Part shown: piece after piece, positions 13,040 to 25,360 of the stretch
Numbering within the stretch: position 1 is the first letter of the stretch
Layout: the number at the start of each line of letters is the position of its first letter
DNA from: Octopus bimaculoides
Lineage: Eukaryota
Assembly: GCF_001194135.2 (NCBI RefSeq)
Contig: NC_068985.1
Span: 54,631,627-54,695,626, forward strand
Length of the DNA: 64,000 bases
Direction of reading: 5' to 3'
The notes under the pieces: model-generated
What the model was told of the DNA's origin: nothing
Databases searched by the model: none
Seen by the model: the letters and a program-made list of their open reading frames with translations, nothing else
Position numbers and translations under genes: made by a program

Positions 13040-15006
13040 ACAACAAACAAGTTGAGGACAAATATCCGTCAAATGTAAATAATGTACATTATAATGCATG
13101 ATTAATTCAAAACAATACAAATAAACAAACATCACATTTGACAGAATAATCCGAACACTAAAAGATTAATGTAGTTCTCAAGGAGATTCACTGTGACTCA
13201 GCGAATGTGACAAGGCTGGCTCATTAAACTACAGACACAACTCATTCTTGTCAGCTCAGTGGACTGGAGCAATGCGAGATAGTTTTTTGCTGAAAGGCCT
13301 TAATGTGCCATTGGGAATTGAACTCATGACCTTATGTTGAATACACTAACCACCAAGTCATGCACCTTCAATAAAATCAATCAAAGTCCTTTATAAACTT
13401 TTGATGTTTTATTTGATTTGGTCTTGTTATTGATTTGCATCCCCTCTCTCTCTCTATATATATAGAGAGATACACACAAATTTATATGTATACTAGAGTG
13501 TTACCCACCATATGACAAGTAACTTTCAAGGAATATGTTTACTACCATATATAGTATCAGGAAATATGGCATACATATAATAAAAATTTAACTTTTATCA
13601 AATCTTTAGGTGCTCATCATCCACATTTAAGTGGGATTAAATATCATTACTCAGTATTAATATTGCCTCTGTTGCTAATATACATTTTTTAAGAAGCTCA
13701 CTGGCAAATCGCAACACTTGTTCTGGCACTGTTTTTTTATATATCACTGGCAGGAAGATGAGTTGATGGCACCTATGGTGATTGAGCATCCATCACTGAC
13801 AAGACCAAGTCACGTGATCTGGTGGTCTCAGTGCTGGAAGTGGCGGAGATTTAACTCCCTGCTAGCGATGTAAATGAGTGCATTTTGCACCAAAAGTCAA
13901 TGAGAGTTTCTCTTATAGTATCTAACGCAATATAATTTGTTCTATCAAGACATCCACCTTTAAGTGGGGGATAAAAATGAAATGAATATTAATTCTGATT
14001 CTAAGTCTTCTGAGTTTTTCAATGGTAGATCAAATCTGTTGCCAGTTTAATAATATCACCAACTGGTTCTTGAGTGTCCTTAACAGAGGAATCCATCCAA
14101 CTGCAAGCATTCAGAATATGTTTCTGGTTTAATAACTTTATTTCATCTTCTCTCCAATAACGGAGGCCCTGAAAAATATAAAGGTCATACACAGACACTA
14201 CTCTTCTCTCCTTAAATAAGTTATATAGTGTTATTTTATAGCTGTAAGTTCTGACAGTGTCCATAGTGGAGGTGGTTGTCCCAGAGTTCAACAGCCAGTT
14301 CTGCACTACACTCATTTATGAGTGTGATGTCTTGCTCATTGTCTGAGTTATTCTTCAATGCAATACTCATATTGCTGCATGTGATATGTCTTGCTCATTG
14401 TCTATAGTTTCTATTCTTCACTACACTCATGAATGAGTGTGATGTGAAAATGCAGTTTAATAGTAGCTGATATACTGTTGATTAGTTATTTCTGTAGTCA
14501 CATTTTACATCATATGGAGAAAAAAGGGAGAGAAAAGAAATGAGAAACAGAAAGAGTTAACACAAGAGATGCAATGATGAGTACACATATGCATGGTGGC
14601 AGGCAATGAGTAAAAGATCCTCCATACACACATGTTGAGAGCGAGAGAATCAGAGACAAGGGAAGAAGAGGAGAGGGGGAAAATGATAGACCAGTTATGA
14701 GAGTAATTATGCAAATAAGAAATTTGTTTTATTTCAACTGGAACAAAGCCACACACTCCCAATATTACCCCTTTCTCCATTGAGGGGTTTTCATCTTGCA
14801 AGTTATTATGTGTTGACCCTGTTGGTGCTGGTACCACATAAAAAGCACCCAGTACACTCTGTAAAGTGGTTGGCATTAGGAAGTGCATCCAACTGTAGAA
14901 ACCACACTAAAAAATCTGGTGTGGTTCCCAGCCATGCCAGCTCCTGTCAAACTGTCCAACCTATGCCAACATGGAAAATGGACGTTAAATGACGATTTTA
15001 TATATA

Positions 15007-15211
15007 CAGTAATCCCTCGCTATATCGCGGTTCACCTATCATGGTTTATTATTTAAGCTTATGTCAATTCCGCCATGGTATTGTTTTGCATTTATAATAA
15101 AATATATACAAATAATAAAAATTTTTAAAAATATACAGTACTGTTTCTACTTTGTGGATTTCCACCCATCGCAGGGGATTTTGGAACGTAACACCTGTGA
15201 GAGTCGAGGGA

Positions 15212-15217
<6 letters not shown>
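15007..15217. mobile_element. Tigger/pogo-like MITE
   Basis: Terminal inverted repeats cagtaatccctcg ... cgagggattagtg; TA precedes the left end. Confidence 0.7.
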
Positions 15218-15252
<35 letters not shown>

Positions 15253-15253
<1 letters not shown>

Positions 15254-16128
15254 GGGTGGGCCATAATGATGGGACACATTTTAAATACTAGCAACTTGGA
15301 TTATAAAAATGACAGAGTCCAAATATATTTATTACATAAGTGATATGCAGGAGTTCGACATATTATCTATGATTTTGCTGTTTTTCACAGGTAGTTGGTG
15401 ACCCTCATAATGCTGTAGACGCCAAAAGAAATTGCATACGTGGTGAAAGCATACTTAACTAGCCAAAGATCCATCATTGCAGTTGGAAGAAAATTTCAAG
15501 AGCATTTTGGAAAGCTACAGGCACCATCCCAAAATGTGATCCTGTGTGCTGTTACAAACTTCCATGAGACAAGATGAACATGATGCAGTTGTAACAGTAA
15601 CTGCTGAGCGCTACAACCATATGCTGAAGACCTTCTTTCCCTGAGTTATAAAGGTTTGCCCTGACACAGATGTGGATCGAACAAGATGGTGCCACTAGTC
15701 ATACAGCGCGACTCTCAATGACAACTCTTTGAAAACAATTCCTCAAACATCTCATTTCTAGATTTGGTGATATCCACTGGCCACCTGGATCACCAGATCT
15801 AACCTCAATGGACTACTTTCTGAGGGGTTACCTCAAGGATAGCGTATATGCAAGAAAGCCCTACACAGCAGAAGAACTAAAACAAAGCATCTGTAGAGAT
15901 TGCAGCCATTCCAGTTGATATGCTAAGCTACAGTGTACTTGATATGAGAAAGCCAGCTCATGACTGTTCTCTGCATGGTAGTTACCATCTCCAGGATGTA
16001 ATATTCAAATCTTAGATAGTATGCTGAACTCCTGTATATCAGTTATGCAATAAATATATTTGGTACTGTGTCATTTTTATAATCCAATATACTAGCACTT
16101 AAAATGTGTCCCATTATTATAGCCCACC

Positions 16129-16130
<2 letters not shown>
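15253..16130 (+). mobile_element. Internally deleted Tc1/mariner element, DD41D family, with ~110-bp TIRs
   Basis: 15253-15361 is the inverted repeat of 16021-16130; pseudo-ORF from 15670 reads WIEQDGATSHTARLSM...WPPGSPDLTSMDYFLRGYLKDSVY with 41 codons between D (15685) and D (15811); one in-frame stop. Confidence 0.88.
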
Positions 16131-16169
<39 letters not shown>

Positions 16170-17102
16170 NNNNNNNNNNNNNNNNNNNNNNNNNNNNNNN
16201 NNNNNNNNNNNNNNNNNNNNNNNNNNNNNNNNNNNNNNNNNNNNNNNNNNNNNNNNNNNNNNNNNNNNNNNNNNNNNNNNNNNNNNNNNNNNNNNNNNNN
16301 NNNNNNNNNNNNNNNNNNNNNNNNNNNNNNNNNNNNNNNNNNNNNNNNNNNNNNNNNNNNNNNNNNNNNNNNNNNNNNNNNNNNNNNNNNNNNNNNNNNN
16401 NNNNNNNNNNNNNNNNNNNNNNNNNNNNNNNNNNNNNNNNNNNNNNNNNNNNNNNNNNNNNNNNNNNNNNNNNNNNNNNNNNNNNNNNNNNNNNNNNNNN
16501 NNNNNNNNNNNNNNNNNNNNNNNNNNNNNNNNNNNNNNNNNNNNNNNNNNNNNNNNNNNNNNNNNNNNNTAATATATGGTTTTACTTAAATTTTTTCCAT
16601 ATCACATTTGCTATTGCTGATAGTTTAGTCTGTATCTTACTTAACTTTAATGAATAGGATGTTTTGAAATTTCTTAATAGTTTTTAAACCTTTTTAAATT
16701 TTATTTGATGCCTGACCCTAAAGGATTCATGTTATTCCATTGTTGTTGTAGTATAATCATTGTTATTTTATAGGTGACTTAAATAAATCTAATCCTTGTT
16801 CCATTATTATTTTGTACTTAGCCCATGTTAGTTAACACAAGTTTCCTGATAATTTAAGATAGTGCAATCTAATTAAATTAGTACATAATTATCATGTTCT
16901 CTATTAATAGTTTAGTTCACCATTATATTCCATGTTAATTCCAATCATTCATTTTATCAGTTTCTCAAACCTTGACGAGTCCATCATTATAAACCATGTA
17001 AATCCTATATATCAATTCTTTACATTAGTTATATAATAAATTTTATCTCTTATGTGTCCTTTAAATGATATTAGATATATAAGTTTAATTTTAAAATTTT
17101 AG

Positions 17103-17142
<40 letters not shown>

Positions 17143-17985
17143 TTAATTTCACATCTTATCTATGGTTCCTTATATAATAAGTCTAAATGTACTTTACCAT
17201 AGCATTTTAAGTTACTACTACTTCATGGTTTTTGCATACATCATTAATTGATTATTTACATTCATTATTATACACTATTTCTTTTTTATTTCATTATTAA
17301 TTTATAATTAGCTTTTATTTATTCATATTAATTAAGCAAATATTGGTGTCTCAAGTATTTCAAACTTAGCATATGTAAAACAATACTGATGCATTATTCT
17401 GATTAATGAAAACTATGAATAACCATTTACTGTATCTGTACACAATATAGCAACTTCATTTTATATACTTTTGACCTAGGTGCCTTATGTTAATACTTCA
17501 CCTGCTTTATTGTAAACTGGTCTGCTAGTAGAGAAAACCTCCCACCTATAGTAGTTTGTCACTATATCATCCATGTTTACTGTCTATACTGTTTACCCCT
17601 TTCCCTTCCCTACAAAGAAAATGCCAGTGCCCCCTTAAGCTTTGATTCACTAGGTCTGATAAGATGATCCATAAATCAGAAACAAAAAAACAAAAAAAAA
17701 TCAGTGACAGTTAAAAATCTGCTTAGAATTATTTACTAGCCTGTATGGTCTGGCTAAGTCAAAATGTTTTTTTGTATTCTTCCTTTCTACTTGGAGAGTT
17801 TAAATGTAGTTACAAAAATATGTCCTTCTGTTGAAAAGTAATTTCAGTAAATTTCTATATCTTTGTGCAGCTGAGGATTGCTCTGCTTTTTACATTTGAT
17901 GTAATGTTCACGTTGCTTAATTAAATGGAGTTGCATGAAACGATCATACTGCATTAACTCTGGATATCCTTGTTGCTTATTTTGA

Positions 17986-18025
<40 letters not shown>

Positions 18026-18169
18026 TCACCACACACACACACATTGACTATCAAACATATACATCTTTTAAACATGCACATATTTAACTATTAAATATAT
18101 ATATAATATGCATTGTTTGAACATATGTTCACTGTCCATTAAAACCATATGACCACATTCGGAAGTACA

Positions 18170-18232
<63 letters not shown>

Positions 18233-19344
18233 TATATTAATCAAAGTATGCAGTATTATAAATCTATTTCAGCCAATTTTACCAATCAGTTTTGCACTGG
18301 GTATTAGATAACCAGATAATAACATGGTTAATTAACATCATGTGCCTTTCAGAGATGGCTTGCATCTCTGAAGAGCACATGGTGTTATTTAACCCTGTTG
18401 TTATCCAATATCCGATTATTCAATACTGAGAGTAACTGATTGGTAAGATTGACAGAAATGGACCTATAATACTGTATATGTTGATTAATATACCCACTTT
18501 ATGGACAAACATATGGGTACATATTATTTTTCTGACTTATTGATTCTTAGATGACTGTGTGTGTTTCTATCCGTTTGTCTTGACATCATGAGATAGTTGT
18601 AAATGAGCATCATTGTCTTACAAACAATACCAAGTGTTTCCAGCTTTGAAGACGTCTGGCTATGAAGAAATATCACCTTGTTTGCAAACAAGCGAGTGTT
18701 AGTGACGGGAAAGGCATCTGGTTGTAGGAAATATGTTTTAGCAAAATCTGACTGAGCCTTGCAAACATGGAAAAGTGGATGTTAAAACAATGATGATAAT
18801 CCTGTGAACACACACAAATACATATACCTCATTTACCCATGCAGAAGTAGCATTCAGCTATAAGTTGCATCCCTGTGTTGTTTCTAAATTAAAAACAAGT
18901 ATAAACTGGTGTGACGTACACAATAAGTATGATGTGTGTGTATGTGTGTAAAGGTGCAAGCATAGCTGTGTAGTAAGAAGCTTGTTTCCCAACCACGTGG
19001 TCCTGGGTTCAGTCCCACTGCACGGCACCTTGAGCAACTGTCTTCTACTATAGCCTTCTTGGTCTACCAAAGCCTTGTGAGTGTATTTGGTAGACAGAAA
19101 CTGAAAAGAAGCTCATCATGTATATGTCACACATACATACATACACACACATAGATGTGTGTGTGCCTTTGTGTCAGTGTTTGTCCCATAGTACCACCTG
19201 ACAACTGGTTGATGTGTTTAAATCCTTGTAATTTAGTGGTTCATCAAAAGGAACTGATAGAATAAGTACTGCAGTCAATTCATTCAATTAAAAACTCTTC
19301 AAGGTGGTGCCCAGACAAACAAGTAAAAAATAATATATATATAC

Positions 19345-19580
19345 CATTTTGAGCATGGCCATTGCCAGTACCGCCTGACTGGCCTTCGTGCCGGTGGCAC
19401 GTAAAAGCACCCACTACACTCTCTGAGTGGTTGGCGTTAGGAAGGGCATCCAGCTGTAGAAACTCTGCCAAATCAGATTGGAACCTGGTGTAGCCATCTG
19501 GTTTCACCAGTCCTCAGTCAAATCGTCCAACCCATGCTAGCATGGAAAGCGGATGTTAAACGACGATGATGATGATGATG
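19345..19580 (+). mobile_element. RTE-tail repeat (family C, ...cccatgctagcatggaaagcggacgttaaacgatgatg)
   Basis: Near-identical copies at 27361-27493 (+), 33044-33227 (-), 48813-48983 (-), ~22900-23099 (+); ends in (GAT)n; same tail follows RTE ORF fragments at 47640-48420. Confidence 0.85.
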
Positions 19581-19689
19581 ATATATATATATATATATAT
19601 CAATATATATATATATATGCACCACACACACACACATTGACTATCGAACACATATCCATCTTTTAAACATGCACACATTTAACTATTAA

Positions 19690-19786
19690 ATATATATATA
19701 TAAAGATATATAATAATATTAGGGACAAAATCCATATATATAAAGATATATAATATTAGGGACAAAATCCACATATATAAAGATAT
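19690..19786. repeat. ~37-bp minisatellite running into a 911-N gap
   Basis: tatataaagatatataat(a)attagggacaaaatcca repeated 2.5 times before the gap. Confidence 0.75.
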
Positions 19787-21410
19787 NNNNNNNNNNNNNN
19801 NNNNNNNNNNNNNNNNNNNNNNNNNNNNNNNNNNNNNNNNNNNNNNNNNNNNNNNNNNNNNNNNNNNNNNNNNNNNNNNNNNNNNNNNNNNNNNNNNNNN
19901 NNNNNNNNNNNNNNNNNNNNNNNNNNNNNNNNNNNNNNNNNNNNNNNNNNNNNNNNNNNNNNNNNNNNNNNNNNNNNNNNNNNNNNNNNNNNNNNNNNNN
20001 NNNNNNNNNNNNNNNNNNNNNNNNNNNNNNNNNNNNNNNNNNNNNNNNNNNNNNNNNNNNNNNNNNNNNNNNNNNNNNNNNNNNNNNNNNNNNNNNNNNN
20101 NNNNNNNNNNNNNNNNNNNNNNNNNNNNNNNNNNNNNNNNNNNNNNNNNNNNNNNNNNNNNNNNNNNNNNNNNNNNNNNNNNNNNNNNNNNNNNNNNNNN
20201 NNNNNNNNNNNNNNNNNNNNNNNNNNNNNNNNNNNNNNNNNNNNNNNNNNNNNNNNNNNNNNNNNNNNNNNNNNNNNNNNNNNNNNNNNNNNNNNNNNNN
20301 NNNNNNNNNNNNNNNNNNNNNNNNNNNNNNNNNNNNNNNNNNNNNNNNNNNNNNNNNNNNNNNNNNNNNNNNNNNNNNNNNNNNNNNNNNNNNNNNNNNN
20401 NNNNNNNNNNNNNNNNNNNNNNNNNNNNNNNNNNNNNNNNNNNNNNNNNNNNNNNNNNNNNNNNNNNNNNNNNNNNNNNNNNNNNNNNNNNNNNNNNNNN
20501 NNNNNNNNNNNNNNNNNNNNNNNNNNNNNNNNNNNNNNNNNNNNNNNNNNNNNNNNNNNNNNNNNNNNNNNNNNNNNNNNNNNNNNNNNNNNNNNNNNNN
20601 NNNNNNNNNNNNNNNNNNNNNNNNNNNNNNNNNNNNNNNNNNNNNNNNNNNNNNNNNNNNNNNNNNNNNNNNNNNNNNNNNNNNNNNNNNNNNNNNNAAC
20701 AGAACCGGAGACATAACTACAATATCACACACACTCATACACACACACACGGACACACACACGTGCAAAACACATACATACATTTATTGGTCTCATTTAT
20801 CTCATACTGTGATTAGAATTACATAAGGGTAGGAATCAAGAGAAAAAGGGTGTGATTTGTTTTGGGAGGTTTTGTTGTATTTTTTTTTTTCTTTTTTCAA
20901 GGAGTTCACTGGTTATTTTAAACTTCAGAATATTCAAGATTTTTTTTCTTTTTCTGTTTTTTTTAATAGTCCAAAAGGAAACAGAAGTGATTGGTTCATA
21001 TAGAAATTCCATCTAAGAAACTTCCATCAATAGAAAGAAGAGGAGGAGAAGGGGGGAGTGAGGGAGAAGAGGAACATAAAGTCAGACTGTTTTGTGGGAA
21101 CTAATCAAAATATTTCAGTTAAAAATAAGGACATTGTTGTGTTTAGCAAGCAATTATTTGCAGTTGTTGTTGTTGTTTATTTTCTTTTTTCTTTTCGTTT
21201 GCATAATTAAGTTGATGAAGGTTGCTAAATGAAAAGAGAAGAGAAAGAGAAAGAGTTGCTTGCCTTGTTCCATGTTGCACTGATTTTATATATATTGTTA
21301 AGAAGAGACCAAACTGCAGATAAGCCACTTCAAAATTATAATAATAATAATAAAAATAATAATAATAACAGAAGAGGGTGGGGCAAGGGTAGGGGCGTAT
21401 GTTAACCCAT

Positions 21411-21506
21411 TTAGGACTGAGTACATTGGATTCTTTCGGGTTCTTCATCATCTGACAATAGGTCACTGTCATCACTGGAGTTGCCATCATCTTCCTCACG
21501 ATGAAA
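21411..21506 (-). CDS. DCAF8: DCAF8 terminal coding exon: FHREEDDGNSSDDSDLLSDDEEPERIQCTQS*
   Basis: atttttgcag| acceptor, acidic tail and RIQCTQS* matching recalled DCAF8 C-terminus (RVQCMPS*); stop TAA at 21411-21413. Confidence 0.92.
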   Translation of the reverse strand, partial: FHREEDDGNSSDDSDLLSDDEEPERIQCTQS

Positions 21507-21863
21507 CTGCAAAAATAAATAATAACAAATAAAATTTAAAAAAAAAACAAATACCCAAACCAATCTAGTGATATACACACACACATACATACACCAACTT
21601 CCCCACACACCCATTAACCCAGTTCATTATACTTTTGTACTTACACATCTCTATACACAAACACGATGGTGATGATGATAATGAAAGAGAATGATGGTGG
21701 TGATGGTGATAATGATGATGTATCAAGTAATGTTTTGGTACAAATTAACATGATGACTAAGTGATTGCTGATGGAGATATTCCAGTAACTGAAACAAACA
21801 CTTGACCGATTAAGGGTTCACCAGTGAACCATTATTAACAAACCCAAGTCATTAATTGAATCT

Positions 21864-22239
21864 GTGGAGGCGCAATGGCCCAGTGATTAGGGCAGCGGAC
21901 TCGCGGATATAGGATCGCAGTTTCGATTCCCAGACTGGGCGTTGTGAGTGTTTATTGAGCAAAAACACCTAAAGCTCTGCGAGGCTCCAGCTGGGGGTGG
22001 TGGCGAACCCTGCTGTACTCTTCCACCACAACTTTCTCTCACTCTTTCTTCCTGTTTCTGTTGTACCTGTAATTCAAAGGTTCAGCCTTGTCACACTGTG
22101 TCACGCTGAATATCCCCGAGAACTATGTTAAGGGTACACGTGTCTGTGGAGTGCTCAGCCACTTGCATGTTAATTTCACGAGCAGGCTGTTCCGCTGATC
22201 GGATCAACTGGAACCCTCGACGTCGTAAGCGACGGAGTG
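21864..22239 (+). mobile_element. Well-preserved tRNA-derived SINE (ggaggcgcaatggcccagtg... type)
   Basis: A box tggcccagtga, B box gtttcgattcc; runs into the assembly gap. Confidence 0.85.
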
Positions 22240-22542
22240 NNNNNNNNNNNNNNNNNNNNNNNNNNNNNNNNNNNNNNNNNNNNNNNNNNNNNNNNNNNNN
22301 NNNNNNNNNNNNNNNNNNNNNNNNNNNNNNNNNNNNNNNNNNNNNNNNNNNNNNNNNNNNNNNNNNNNNNNNNNNNNNNNNNNNNNNNNNNNNNNNNNNN
22401 NNNNNNNNNNNNNNNNNNNNNNNNNNNNNNNNNNNNNNNNNNNNNNNNNNNNNNNNNNNNNNNNNNNNNNNNNNNNNNNNNNNNNNNNNNNNNNNNNNNN
22501 NNNNNNNNNNNNNNNNNNNNNNNNNNNNNNNNNNNNNNNNNN
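22240..22542. other. Assembly gap; others at 2144-2253, 16170-16569, 19787-20697, 26863-27330, 44156-44187, 47230-47299, 48984-49152
   Basis: Runs of N, most bordered by microsatellite or SINE sequence. Confidence 0.99.
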
Positions 22543-23099
22543 AATCCGACGACTGGCACCCATGCCAACCTCTCCTTCATTGGACATTGAACTCTGCTTG
22601 CGAAGACCTGTTGGGGCAAGTGAAATCGTAATTGAACCATACTCGATGACTGACACCTGTGCCAGTGGAGCACTAACGGCACTATCCGAGCGTGTTCATT
22701 GCCAGAGCAGCTGTCTGGCTTCTGTGCTAGTGGCCCGTATATAGCACCATTTGAGCGTAATCGTTACCAGCGTTGCCTTCTAGCACTTGTGCTGGTGGCA
22801 TGTTAGAAAATCATTTGAACGAGGTCGTTGCCAGTGCCGCTGGACTGACTCCTGTGCAGGTGGCATGTAAAAAACACCTTTTTGAGCGTGGCCGTTGCCA
22901 GTAGTGTGACTGGCCCTCGCACAGTGGCGCGTAAAAGCACCCACTACACTCTCGGAATGGTTGGCGTTAGGAAGGGCATCCAGCTGTAGAAACTCTGCCA
23001 GATCAGATTGGAGCCTGATGCAGCCTTCTGGCTTGCCAATCCTCAGTCAAATCGTCCAACCCATGCTAGCATGGAAAGTGGACGTTAAACGATGATGAT
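22543..23099 (+). mobile_element. RTE-associated 3' region with internal tgccagtg... subrepeats and family C tail
   Basis: Repeated ~60-nt modules then aaaagcacccactacactctc...gatgatgat tail; same organisation as 48000-48420. Confidence 0.7.
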
Positions 23100-24116
23100 A
23101 CTAAATAGTGACAAGTGATCAAGATCTTTGGCGATATGATGTGCTTGAGAAGACCCATCAAGCCAATTGAATTCACAGTTGTGGCCAATGCCAGTGTTGT
23201 GTAATCGGCACTTGTGCTGCTGGGACATAATAAGCACCTTTCAAATATTGGGCAATATCCTGTTTGAGAAGACCTGTCAAGCCAAGCGAAATCATAGTTG
23301 TGACTGGTGCCAGTGTTGCATACCTGGCACTTGTGTTGGAGGCAGGTAAACAGCATCCTTCAAACTTTGGGCCCCATGGAGGCAGTGACAAGTGACAGGG
23401 ACCTTTGGCAATATATTGTGCTTGAGAAGACATGTCAAGTCAAGTGAGATCATAGTCATGGCCGATGTCAGTCTTTCATAACTGGCACCTGTGCAAGCGG
23501 CACGTAAAAAGCACCCACTACACTCTTAGAGTGGTTCGTATTAGGAAGGGCATCCAGCTGTAGAAACCATGCCAAATCAAACCTGGTGTAGCTCCCCACC
23601 TGATGATGATGATGATGATATGGGCGCTGGTACCACATACAAAGCACCCATGCCTGTGCTGCATAAAAGCACCCGTGCCTGTGCTATGTAAAAGTACCCT
23701 GTGCTGTGTAAAAGCATCCAGTACACTCTGTAAAGTAGTTGATGTTAGGAAGGGCATCCAACAGTAGAAACCAAGCCAAAACAGAATGGACTCCAAGCAA
23801 CTCTTCAGCTGGCCAGCTCCTACCAAACCATCCAACCAATACCAGCATGGAAAATGGATGTTAAATGATGATGATTATATGGGAGTTTACTTAATGAAAG
23901 AATGAAGAACTGGTTTGGATGGTTAGAAAAAAAAAAACAGTAAAAGATAAATAGAAAATTAATAGGTACAAGTGTGTGTGTAAGAAGCTTGCTTCCTAAC
24001 TACATGGTTTCAGGTTCAGTACTGCTGCATGCCACCCTGGGAAAATGTCTTTTGCTTTAACCCTGGCCCAACCAAAGCCTTATGGGTGGATTCAACAGAC
24101 AGGAACTGAAAGCCTA

Positions 24117-24197
<81 letters not shown>

Positions 24198-25189
24198 CAT
24201 GCATGCATGTGTGTGTTACTGTTTCCTTGCCTTGACATTGTGTGATTGCTGTAAACAAGTTTCACCATCATGCAAGCAGTGTCCTTTGTTTCCAATCTTC
24301 TGTGTCTGGTCATGGGAAAATATTACCTTGCCTGGAAACAGGTCAGGGTTGGCAACAGGAAGGGCATCCAGCATAGAAAATATGCCTCAACAGAATTCCA
24401 TCTGCCAACCCACTAAAGTATAGAAAAATGGATGTTAAACTGATGATGATGATGTAAGTGTTGCAATAACTGAGAATATTCTATACATTGGACAAATCAG
24501 AAGATAATGAATACAGCTAGTGTTTGTTCCTTTCATATCTGTCCTACCATGAGCTGAAGAAACATTATTCAATTGCAGTGTTTTAAGGCCAGATGCTTGT
24601 CCCGTCACCAATCCCAATCAATTTCACCAATAAGGGCTATTTATTTTATTCCACTGGTCTTTGAAAGCACAGAACTGGTTTAATGTCAACAAGGGATGCA
24701 AACATCACAGCATCATTACTCTGCTCATATGGTGACAAGCAAAGTCATGAAATATCAACATGCATGCACACACATACACACGATAACAAATTTGTATACA
24801 TTTTCTGTCTAGCAATTCCACTCACAAAGAATTAGATTGGCCTCAGACTACAGCATATGACACTTGTCTCAAGGTATCACACAGTGAGATAGGACTCAAA
24901 ATCGGTGAGGAATATGTGTATTGTATATGCTTGGACAGTTTGAATACAGTCAGCTACATCAGAGGAATAGAAGCTACTGTAGTAGTAGGAGGAAGAGGAG
25001 GAGAGGGAGGAGAGAGAAAGCAGTGGTATAGTATGGAGCTGGGGCAAAGCAAGATTTGTAGTGAAGGCATGCTTTTTTTTAATTTATTTATTACTTTATT
25101 TTTTAAAGAAATTTTGTACCCATCACACCACCATGTGGCTCCATCTACACTATGTCATTGAGAGAGAGAGAGAAACAAATAGACAGTTA

Positions 25190-25360
<171 letters not shown>

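Larger units (their letters stand above)
12594..13088. mobile_element. Palindromic head-to-head dimer of tRNA-derived SINE units with hammerhead-like tails
   Basis: 12620-12854 is the reverse complement (with scattered substitutions) of 12855-13089, centre ccatatgg with no spacer; A box tggcgtagtgg and B box gttcaattcc in each arm; flanked by ttataatgca at 12584-12593 and 13089-13098. Confidence 0.9.
12442..13165. mobile_element. piggyBac-like MITE (CCCTTTAGCATT ends, TTAA duplication), itself interrupted by the palindromic SINE dimer
   Basis: TTAA at 12438-12441 and 13166-13169; flanks join to give the sequence of the uninterrupted copy at ~36273-36443. Confidence 0.7.
12333..13369 (-). mobile_element. 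SINE split in two by a nested piggyBac-like MITE
   Basis: ...gtaccc TTAA [insert] TTAA tgtagttctc... rejoins to the gtacccttaac..agtt sequence seen intact at 4259-4275 and (reverse complement) 22121-22140. Confidence 0.75.

Noticed and set aside
21176-21181. AATAAA on the minus strand ~230 nt after the DCAF8 stop
   Set aside because: The hexamer is common in this AT-rich DNA; poly(A) site cannot be assigned without 3'-end data
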